A stretch of DNA of 64,000 bases from Acidobacteriota bacterium (GTDB lineage: Bacteria > Acidobacteriota > Vicinamibacteria > Vicinamibacterales > 2-12-FULL-66-21). A program made the translations under genes and the position numbers. Under the pieces are notes generated by a model that worked only from the letters and a program-made list of their open reading frames with translations, was not told the DNA's origin and did not search any database. The number at the start of each line of letters is the position of its first letter. Position 1 is the stretch's first letter. Location: assembly GCA_031393955.1 (NCBI GenBank), contig JANMWI010000097.1, positions 15,702 to 79,701 of the forward strand, written 5' to 3'. Below, in pieces: positions 18,645 through 25,303 of the stretch.

Positions 18645-20052
18645 ACGTCATCATCGCGGCGACGAGCAGGATCGGCGCCGTCACGGCCCACGCCCGCACG
18701 TCCCGGACCTGCGGCGCGAAGACGACAGCGCGCGCCGCGATTCCCAGTCCCTGGAATACCGCGATCTGAGTGAGCGCGAGCACGGCGGTGCCCGCCGCAA
18801 CCACTGCCCAGCAGTCGATCGTGAAGAGCACGACGCACAGCGCGAAGTACAACCCGATCTGGAAACCCGGCAGGAGGGCGAGGGCCCCCTGCGGGTCCGG
18901 GAGCGCCGGACTGGCGCCAGCAGCGGCGGCAATCGCCTCGCCGTACGGAAATCCGAACAGGTAGACGAACGCTCCGCCGAGCGCCATGCCGGCGACGGCG
19001 CGGCGAACGGCGTTCGCCGATCGGCCGTGACGCCACAGAGCGGCAGCCGTCACGACGACCGCTGCCAGCAGCAGCTGGTAGAACGCGTGAATCAGAAAGA
19101 GCGGGGAGGCGACGATGGTCGCGGGCAGCGCGACGACGAGCAGCCGCAGGGCGCCGAGTGCGATGAAGAGCGGCAGCGCCGCGGCGAGGGCGGCGGCTCG
19201 CAGCTTCCAGGTTCCCGCGTAGCCGAGCGCCGTCGCTACGTAGACAGGAATGAGCGGCGTCGTCAGGCACTCCTGGGTGACGACGAATGCCCCCCGGCTC
19301 GTCGACAGCACGTTGCCGGTTGCGGTCGCGGCGACGCCGACGAGCGCCAGCGACCCTGCCGCCAGCCGCGCCGCCAGCCCCGCCGCGGCGAGGACGCCGG
19401 CGCTGTCGCCGTACAGCGGAACGGCGATGCTGAAGAGCACGACGCACAGCGCCGTCAGCAGCACGAAGCGGGTCGTGATGCCACGGGGCTCGAACCGGCG
19501 GGCGCGCCGCGATGGTCGCGCCGCCGCGGGCGGGGCGAAGTCGCTGTTCGCGGCGTGCATCCATCCGAAGACATAGGCGGAAACCACGAGCGCGAGCAGA
19601 GCCGGCCAGGCGTAAAGGTGAAGGATGTCGAACCAATACGGGGACCCGGCGGCGCGCCCGAGCGTGCCAATCCGAATCGTGTTCAGCGCGAGGATGAGGA
19701 GGATGCCGCCGGCGGCTCCCTGGAGCCGTCTGCGCCAGGCGGCCGGGTAGGCCAGAATCGCCGCGGCGCAGAGGGCGAGGACGTCGGCGCCGCTGCACGC
19801 CAGGGTGACCTCGACCGGCAGCGCCGCCGCGCCGAACAGGCCGCGCGCGAGGCGTCCCTGTGCCTCTGTCAGCGGGAGGATGACGTGGCTCTCGACCCAG
19901 CCGAGGCGCAGCAGCCCGAACAGGCACAGGCTCCAGGCGACGCCCCGGAGCACGAAGTCACGCGCTGATCTGAGCGCGGCTCCGTCCGTCGGCACGAGGG
20001 ATCTCCTGTACCGCAACCTTGCGCGCCCCGAGCAGCCGGCCGAGCTCCGCAA
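18625..20052 (-). CDS. Exosortase-family protein with two tandem exosortase-like halves
   Basis: The first half has VTLACSGADVL (Cys86), LNTIRIGTLG (Arg127) and ILHLYAWP (His145), the exosortase/archaeosortase signature. The second half has FVVTQECLTTPL (Cys262), GALRLLVVAL (Arg303) and LIHAFYQ (His322). The start is uncertain: the longest ORF overlaps the upstream gene by 95 nt, and GTG 19995 or GTG 19953 (4 nt after the upstream stop) are alternatives. Confidence 0.7.
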   Translation of the reverse strand: MRSSAGCSGRARLRYRRSLVPTDGAALRSARDFVLRGVAWSLCLFGLLRLGWVESHVILPLTEAQGRLARGLFGAAALPVEVTLACSGADVLALCAAAILAYPAAWRRRLQGAAGGILLILALNTIRIGTLGRAAGSPYWFDILHLYAWPALLALVVSAYVFGWMHAANSDFAPPAAARPSRRARRFEPRGITTRFVLLTALCVVLFSIAVPLYGDSAGVLAAAGLAARLAAGSLALVGVAATATGNVLSTSRGAFVVTQECLTTPLIPVYVATALGYAGTWKLRAAALAAALPLFIALGALRLLVVALPATIVASPLFLIHAFYQLLLAAVVVTAAALWRHGRSANAVRRAVAGMALGGAFVYLFGFPYGEAIAAAAGASPALPDPQGALALLPGFQIGLYFALCVVLFTIDCWAVVAAGTAVLALTQIAVFQGLGIAARAVVFAPQVRDVRAWAVTAPILLVAAMMTYARARR

Positions 20053-20437
20053 TCGCGGCCAGGCTCTTCAGCCTGGTCGAGCAGGAGAAAATGTCGATGT
20101 TGACGGTGTTGGTCTCCGGCCACGTATGAAGCACGGCATGTGACTCGCGCAGCACGAGCACGCAGGTCAGGCCGTGACCCGGGTAGGCATGCGTGACCTC
20201 GTGGACGATGGTGGCGCCGGCCGCGCGCAGCGCCGCCGCGAACCCGGCCGCCAGCGCCGCGCCGTCGAATCCTGCCAGCGCCTCACAGTTCCCGAAATCG
20301 GCCGAGTACAGCACCGGCTGCTCTTGCTGCTGAGCGATCACGTCACGCGTACTATACGCCCTGCCGGGAGCATGCCCGTGTGCAATAGAGAACAGCGGCC
20401 GGCCATTCTTCTCGATTAAAGTGCCCCGGACCGTCAT
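19958..20437 (-). CDS. S-adenosylmethionine decarboxylase-like pyruvoyl proenzyme (SpeH/SpeD class 1 family)
   Basis: YSADFGNCE...GLTCVLVLRESHAVLHTWPETNTVNIDIFSCS matches the AdoMetDC core (ESH self-cleavage site, HTWPE, FxC). There is a ~35-aa N-terminal extension, and GTG 20341 is an alternative start. Confidence 0.7.
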   Translation of the reverse strand: MTVRGTLIEKNGRPLFSIAHGHAPGRAYSTRDVIAQQQEQPVLYSADFGNCEALAGFDGAALAAGFAAALRAAGATIVHEVTHAYPGHGLTCVLVLRESHAVLHTWPETNTVNIDIFSCSTRLKSLAAIAELGRLLGARKVAVQEIPRADGRSRAQISA

Positions 20438-20450
20438 CTAGGAGAGAAGA

Positions 20451-21545
20451 GTGCTCATGCCCAGGAGAAGTCTCAGCAGCGTTGCAGCGGCTGTATGCGT
20501 CGCGGTCTGTCTCGCGCCGGCTGCCGCCGTGGCCCAGACGGCTCCGTCCCTCGGCACCGCCCAGAGCTTCGCGGTGCTTGGCGGCTCGACCGTGACCAAC
20601 ACGGGGGCCAGCCTGGTGACCGGAGACCTCGGTGTCAGTCCGGGGTCGGCGGTCACCGGCTTTCCGCCCGGCCTGGTGGCCGGCGGCGCGATCCATGCCG
20701 CCGATGCCGTCGCGCTGCAGGCGCAGAACGACGTCACGACGGCGTACAACGCCCTCGTCTCGCAGGCCTGCACCGCAGATCTGACCGGGCAGGATCTCGG
20801 CGGAAAAACCCTGACGCCCGGTGTCTACTGCTTCACATCGTCCGCGCAGCTGACCGGCACCCTCACGCTCAACGCGCTGGGCAACGCCAATGCCGTGTTC
20901 ATCTTCAAAATCGGCAGCACGCTGACGACGGCGAGCAATGCCTCGGTGGTCGTCACCAACGGCGGCCTCAACTGCAATACCTACTGGCAGGTGGGCTCGT
21001 CGGCGACGATCGGCACCGGGACGACATTCGCCGGCAACATTCTGGCGCTGACCAGCATCAGCCTGACGACCGGCGCGCGGGTGTTCGGCCGGACGCTGGC
21101 CCGCAACGGCGCCGTGACGCTCGACACCAACACCGTCGACCGCTCCGCCTGTGTGACGCTGGCGGGTCCCGGTGCCTGCCCGGCGATCACGATCGCGCCC
21201 GCGACGCTGCCGGCCGCGACGGTCGGACTGGCCTTCTCGCAGACCTTCACCGCGTCCGGCGGCACCGGGCCCTACACGTTCGCGGTTGTGGCCGGCGCAC
21301 CGCCGACCGGCCTGACGCTCAGCCCGGCCGGCGTGCTGGCGGGAACGCCGGCGGCTGCGGGCACGCCGACGTTCTCCATCCGTGCGCTGGATGCGGCGGG
21401 ATGCTCCCAGACGTCCGCCTTCACCGCCACGGTCGCCTCGCCGGTGCCGACGCTCCCGGAGTGGGCGATGATGACGCTGTCGCTGCTGGTCGTGGCGGCG
21501 GGTGTGCTCGCCTTGCGGGGCCGCCGCCGCGGGACGGCTCGTTAG
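20451..21545 (+). CDS. Secreted DUF3494/ice-binding-like protein with Ig-like module and IPTL/PEP-CTERM-type sorting tail
   Basis: Signal peptide ...AAAVCVAVCLAPAAAVAQT. LGTAQSFAVLGGSTVTNTGASLVTGDLGVSPGSAVTGF and repeated T/N/G beta-helix turns fit DUF3494. ITIAPATLPAATVGLAFSQTFTASGGTGPYTFAV is an Ig-like module. GGAGA lies upstream, and the start is GTG 20451 or ATG 20457. Confidence 0.8.
   Translation: MLMPRRSLSSVAAAVCVAVCLAPAAAVAQTAPSLGTAQSFAVLGGSTVTNTGASLVTGDLGVSPGSAVTGFPPGLVAGGAIHAADAVALQAQNDVTTAYNALVSQACTADLTGQDLGGKTLTPGVYCFTSSAQLTGTLTLNALGNANAVFIFKIGSTLTTASNASVVVTNGGLNCNTYWQVGSSATIGTGTTFAGNILALTSISLTTGARVFGRTLARNGAVTLDTNTVDRSACVTLAGPGACPAITIAPATLPAATVGLAFSQTFTASGGTGPYTFAVVAGAPPTGLTLSPAGVLAGTPAAAGTPTFSIRALDAAGCSQTSAFTATVASPVPTLPEWAMMTLSLLVVAAGVLALRGRRRGTAR
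21444..21542 (+). other. C-terminal sorting signal (motif + TM helix + Arg cluster)
   Basis: VPTLPEWAMMTLSLLVVAAGVLALRGRRRGTAR. This compares with the IPTLxxWG-type variant of PEP-CTERM. Confidence 0.7.
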
Positions 21546-21595
21546 GGGTCAGTGGCGTGGGGCGGCGGGCGCGTCACGCGCCTGCCGGGTCGGCC

Positions 21596-22249
21596 TCAGT
21601 CGTGGACAACGACCGTCAGCAGTGACGGATTGATCGTCAGCCCGTCCGCGTCGTACTCGATGAAGCCCATCTTCCTGAACTTGTTCAGGAAGAAGTTGAC
21701 CCGCGAGCGGGTGGTGCCGATCATCTCCGCCAGGGTCTCCTGCGAGACGGCCGGAACGACGCGCTGCGGCTTGTTGCCGCGGCCGTAGTGCCCGAGCAGC
21801 AGCAGCGTCCGCGCCAGGCGCTTCTCGCTCGAGTTGAACAGCTGATCGACCAGATCCGCTTCCAGCCGCGCGTTCCTGACCAGCATGTAGGTGCGGAAGT
21901 AATCCGAGAATTCGAGATCGCTGCGCAGCAGGCGGACCATCTGCCGCTTGCGAATGCTCAGCAGCGTCGTCGCCATCGTCGCGCAGGCCGTGGCCAACCG
22001 CACCGATTGGCCCGCGAGCGCGCCTTCGCCGACGAAGTCCCGCGGACCCAGCATCGCGATGACCGCTTCCTTGCCGGCATGCGAAATCACCGACAGCTGT
22101 ACACCCCCCTCGCGCAGGTACATGACGCTGTCGCACGCATCCCCCTGCACGAAGACCGTGGCGCCGCGATCGTACTCGCGCCGCTGCCCGAGCCCCGCGC
22201 CCTCGAGGAACGCCTGGACGTCGAACGCCGCAGTCTTTTTCGCTGGCAT
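21596..22249 (-). CDS. Crp/Fnr family transcriptional regulator
   Basis: cNMP-binding-like region (VFVQGDACDSVMYLREGGVQLSV...GPRDFVGEGAL) plus a C-terminal HTH (SQETLAEMIGTTRSRVNFFLNKFRKMGFI). There is no FNR-type N-terminal Cys cluster. Confidence 0.85.
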   Translation of the reverse strand: MPAKKTAAFDVQAFLEGAGLGQRREYDRGATVFVQGDACDSVMYLREGGVQLSVISHAGKEAVIAMLGPRDFVGEGALAGQSVRLATACATMATTLLSIRKRQMVRLLRSDLEFSDYFRTYMLVRNARLEADLVDQLFNSSEKRLARTLLLLGHYGRGNKPQRVVPAVSQETLAEMIGTTRSRVNFFLNKFRKMGFIEYDADGLTINPSLLTVVVHD

Positions 22250-22408
22250 GGGGAAAGGAACACTTCCACCCTACCGCAGTCGGCAGCCCTGAGTAAGCGA
22301 CTGTAAATGACATAGGCTGACATAGGAGAGCATTTCTGGTATGTCTTTGATTCAGAACGCCGATAAGACGTCCCAGCGCACTACGCGCTACGGAGGAGCC
22401 CACCGCAC

Positions 22409-22528
22409 TTTGGCACCCCGGCACCTTGAACTTTGGCACCCCGGCATCTTGGCACCCCGGCACCTTTACACCTTGGCACCCCGGCACCTTTGACTTTGGC
22501 ACCCCCGGTACCTTGGCACCCCGGCACC
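22409..22528. repeat. Tandem direct-repeat array, 6 copies of TTGGCACCCCGGCAC(C)
   Basis: TGGCACC starts at 22411, 22434, 22450, 22474, 22497 and 22514, giving spacings of 23, 16, 24, 23 and 17 nt. The array abuts the arsR-like stop codon (22529-22531) and lies ~160 nt upstream of the crp-family start. Confidence 0.9.
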
Positions 22529-22813
22529 CTAAGTAATCTTCCGACACATGATGTCGCACAGCTTGAAGACGCTGTCGTCGGCGAGCTGGTAGTAGACGAA
22601 CAGCCCGTGCTTGCGCCGCGACACGAACCCTAAGCTGTGGAGCAGTTGCAGGTGCTTCGAGAGGTTGGCCTGGTTGAGTCCGCTCTTCTGGACGAGATCG
22701 CCGACCGTCAGTTCGCCGTCGCGCAACGCATCGAGGATGCGGAGTCGCCCCGACTCGCCAAGCACCTTGAATCGTTCGGCGACGCCGTCGAACAGCTTCT
22801 CGTTCATCTTCAT
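22529..22813 (-). CDS. ArsR/SmtB family transcriptional regulator (BigR-like context)
   Basis: From ATG 22813 (MKMNEKLFDGVAERFKVLGESGRLRILDALRDGELTVGDLVQKSGLNQANLSKHLQLLHSLGFV). ATGA overlap with the upstream stop. C-terminal CDIMC. Confidence 0.85.
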   Translation of the reverse strand: MKMNEKLFDGVAERFKVLGESGRLRILDALRDGELTVGDLVQKSGLNQANLSKHLQLLHSLGFVSRRKHGLFVYYQLADDSVFKLCDIMCRKIT

Positions 22814-24234
22814 CTTGGCGACTGCACTTTCCCGGCGGCGGTGGCGGACTCGGCGGGATGTCCCCCCGAGGTCCACTCGCCGAATCCTCCCGCGAGGTTG
22901 ATCACCATCGCGTCGGACGAAGTCTGCAGCAGGCTGGCCGCGATCGCCGAGCGGGTGCCCCCCTGACAATGGACCACCACCGGGCGATCGGTCGGAATCT
23001 CCGCCAGGCGCTCCGGCAGCGCGCCGAGCGGGATGTTCATCGCGCCGGCGATGTGTCCGGCTTCCCATTCCCCTGCCGAGCGGACGTCGAGGACGGCAAG
23101 CGCGCCGCTCTCGATGCCGGCGGCCAGCGAGTCGGCGTCGATGCGTGGAACCCGCGCGACGGCTCGGCCAGCTGCCTCCCAGGCGTCGACGATCTCCGGA
23201 GGGAAGGACGCGACGATGTGGTCGAGTCCGATCAGGGACAGGTCGCGTCTCGCTTGCGCGGCGGCGGCCTCGTCGCTGGCAATCAGCGCGAGGTCGTGGT
23301 CGTAAGGCAGAAGAGAGCCCGCCCAGGTCGGAAAGCTCTGGTTGAGCGGGATGTTGAGCGTCCCGGGGATGTGTCCGGCCGCGTAGGCCTCCGCTGGACG
23401 CGTGTCGACGACGACCGCGCCCGCGGCGACGGTCGCATCGAAGCGGGTAATCGGCAGCGGCGGTCCCACTTTGTTGACGCGTTTCATCACGGCAAAATAC
23501 CGCGGCGCATCCGGCTGCCCGGCGAGCACGCGCCGCACGAACTCGTTTTCGTCGGCGATCAGGAAGGCCCAGCTGGTCCGGCGCTCGTATCCGAGCGTGC
23601 TCTGCGGCACCGCGCCGATGTTCTTGCCGCAGGCGGAACCGGCACCGTGGCCTGGCCAGATCTGGAGCGAGTCCGGAAAATGGCGAAACTGCTGCAGGCT
23701 GCGGAAGAGCGCTCTCGCCGAACTCTCCATTGTCCCTTCGAGGCGTGCGGCGCGTTCGAGCAGGTCCGGCCGGCCGACGTCGCCGACGAAAATGAAGTCG
23801 CCAGTGACGGCGCCGATCGGCTCAGCGGTCGCCGCAGTGTCGGTGACCAGGAACGTCAGGTGCTCGGGTGTATGGCCGGGGGTATGGACCGCGTCGATCC
23901 GCAGGCTGCCGACGTCGAAGCCGTCGCCGTCCTTCAGCAGTACCGCGCCCGCGTCCGCAGCGAACGCGTACTTCCAGTTCGCGTCTCCCTCGTCGCTGAG
24001 ATACAGCGCCGCGCCGGTGCGGGCCGCCAGTTCGCGGCTTCCCGAGACGAAGTCGGCGTGGATGTGCGTTTCGGTGACATGGGTGATCGACAGGCCCTCG
24101 TGCGCCGCCGCTTCGAGATACTGATCGATGTCGCGGTTCGGGTCGATGACGACCGCCTGCTTCGTCTCGGCCGATCCAATCAGGTAGCTGGCCTGGGCGA
24201 GCTTGGCGTCGTAGAGCCGTCTGAAAACCATCAT
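22810..24234 (-). CDS. MBL-fold persulfide-dioxygenase-like hydrolase fused to two rhodanese domains
   Basis: From ATG 24234 (MMVFRRLYD...). MBL motifs HVTETHIHADFVSG and HTPGHTPEH. The C-terminal rhodanese has active-site loop VVHCQGGTRS. ATGA overlap with the TauE stop. Confidence 0.8.
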   Translation of the reverse strand: MMVFRRLYDAKLAQASYLIGSAETKQAVVIDPNRDIDQYLEAAAHEGLSITHVTETHIHADFVSGSRELAARTGAALYLSDEGDANWKYAFAADAGAVLLKDGDGFDVGSLRIDAVHTPGHTPEHLTFLVTDTAATAEPIGAVTGDFIFVGDVGRPDLLERAARLEGTMESSARALFRSLQQFRHFPDSLQIWPGHGAGSACGKNIGAVPQSTLGYERRTSWAFLIADENEFVRRVLAGQPDAPRYFAVMKRVNKVGPPLPITRFDATVAAGAVVVDTRPAEAYAAGHIPGTLNIPLNQSFPTWAGSLLPYDHDLALIASDEAAAAQARRDLSLIGLDHIVASFPPEIVDAWEAAGRAVARVPRIDADSLAAGIESGALAVLDVRSAGEWEAGHIAGAMNIPLGALPERLAEIPTDRPVVVHCQGGTRSAIAASLLQTSSDAMVINLAGGFGEWTSGGHPAESATAAGKVQSPR

Positions 24235-25037
24235 GCGCGGATCTCCTCGATGCCGGCGCGCCCCGAACGGTGCGGCGCCGGTCGTAATGCCGGCAGGTTC
24301 TGATAGAGCATCCACGCCGCTACGATCAGCAGGAACACGCCGAACGCCCGCTGCAGCGCGCGGTGCGGCACGAATCGAACCACGTAGACGCCGGCGACGA
24401 TGCCGCCGATCGCGGCGGCCGTGAAGCGGATGACGATGCCCCAGTCAATCGCCACGCGGCCGAGGTAGCCGAGCGAACCGGCCGCGGCGCTCATCGCGAT
24501 GACCAGCAGCGACGTGCCGATCGCCTGCTTCATCGGCAGTCCGCCGAACAGGACCAGCGCTGGCACGAACAGGAAGCCGCCGCCGACGCCGAGCAGTCCG
24601 GTCAAAATGCCGATGCCGACGCCGGTGACGATGCTGATGATGCGGGTTCGCGTCACGGAGGCGGCGTCCGCCGTGAGCACCGGACGCTTCCTCCGCAGCA
24701 TCGACACGGCGGCCGCGGCCATCACGATCGCGAGCGCCGTCAACTGCACGCCGCCCGGCACCCATGAGGCGATGCGCGCCCCGAGGTAGGCGCCGGCCAT
24801 CGCGGCGGCGCCGAACAGCAGCGCCGGCTTGAGCTCGAGGTGGCCTTCGCGCCAATGGCCTGCGGCGCCGGCCAGACTGGTCATGCCGACGACCGGCAGG
24901 CTCATCGCGATCGCCGCCTTCGGATCGGCGCCGAGCGCGTACACGAACACCGGCACCGCGAGGATTGACCCGCCGCCGCCGAGCGCGCCGAGGACGATGC
25001 CGATGCCGACGGCGAGGACGTAGGCGAGCGGCGTCAT
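24231..25037 (-). CDS. TauE/SafE family sulfite/anion exporter
   Basis: From ATG 25037 (MTPLAYVLAVGIGIVLGALGGGGSILAVPVFVYAL...). Polytopic, with the typical TauE N-terminus. Confidence 0.85.
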   Translation of the reverse strand: MTPLAYVLAVGIGIVLGALGGGGSILAVPVFVYALGADPKAAIAMSLPVVGMTSLAGAAGHWREGHLELKPALLFGAAAMAGAYLGARIASWVPGGVQLTALAIVMAAAAVSMLRRKRPVLTADAASVTRTRIISIVTGVGIGILTGLLGVGGGFLFVPALVLFGGLPMKQAIGTSLLVIAMSAAAGSLGYLGRVAIDWGIVIRFTAAAIGGIVAGVYVVRFVPHRALQRAFGVFLLIVAAWMLYQNLPALRPAPHRSGRAGIEEIRA

Positions 25038-25147
25038 GCGGTCACGCCGTCGCACAGCGCGAGCCGGCACCCGACGCTGGCCATGGCGCACGTTTCGGCG
25101 AGCGGCGGCGGCGTCAACACGGCGGATCTCGCGGGCATCGCGTCCAT
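25034..25147 (-). CDS. Candidate 37-codon leader ORF (3 Cys) translationally coupled to tauE
   Basis: AAAGGAG lies 8 nt upstream of ATG 25147. Translation: MDAMPARSAVLTPPPLAETCAMASVGCRLALCDGVTA. The stop TGA overlaps the tauE ATG as ATGA, and 34 of 37 codons end in G or C. It is below the ORF-track size cutoff. Confidence 0.45.
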   Translation of the reverse strand: MDAMPARSAVLTPPPLAETCAMASVGCRLALCDGVTA

Positions 25148-25175
25148 TCAGCGGGCTCCTTTAATCAACTAATCA

Positions 25176-25204
25176 ACTATACGGTGATATAAAGATGACG
25201 TCAA
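25176..25204 (-). promoter_or_regulatory. Sigma-70-type promoter of the sulfur operon
   Basis: Minus strand reads TTGACG-17 nt-TATAGT (25204..25199 and 25181..25176). It is followed by a tandem AGTTGATT x2 (25178..25163) and then the SD of the leader ORF. Confidence 0.6.
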
Positions 25205-25303
25205 CCCTGTGGTACCCTGCTGGCCCCGAGGCGCCGCCGCGGCCGCGCGCGTCGCACGGTGTGTGCAGTGGTGGGATCATGGCCTCGGCCGAGGAGATCG
25301 TGG

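Noticed and set aside
22409-22528. Reading the TGGCAC repeats as sigma-54 promoters (-24 TGGCAC) or as a CRISPR array
   Set aside because: The required GC at -12 (TGGCAC-N5-TTGC) is absent, since the sequence gives CACC or CATC there. The units are only 16-24 nt with no unique spacers and no cas genes, so it is neither sigma-54 nor CRISPR.
25038-25091. Longest-ORF start (GTG 25091) for the TauE gene, and similar long N-terminal extensions of fdhD, the Fe-S subunit, the methyltransferase, ArsR, the PDO, pdxA, DegT and the SpeE-like gene
   Set aside because: The extensions are Arg-rich junk. Internal ATG or GTG starts give canonical N-termini and form ATGA/GTGA overlaps with the upstream stops.
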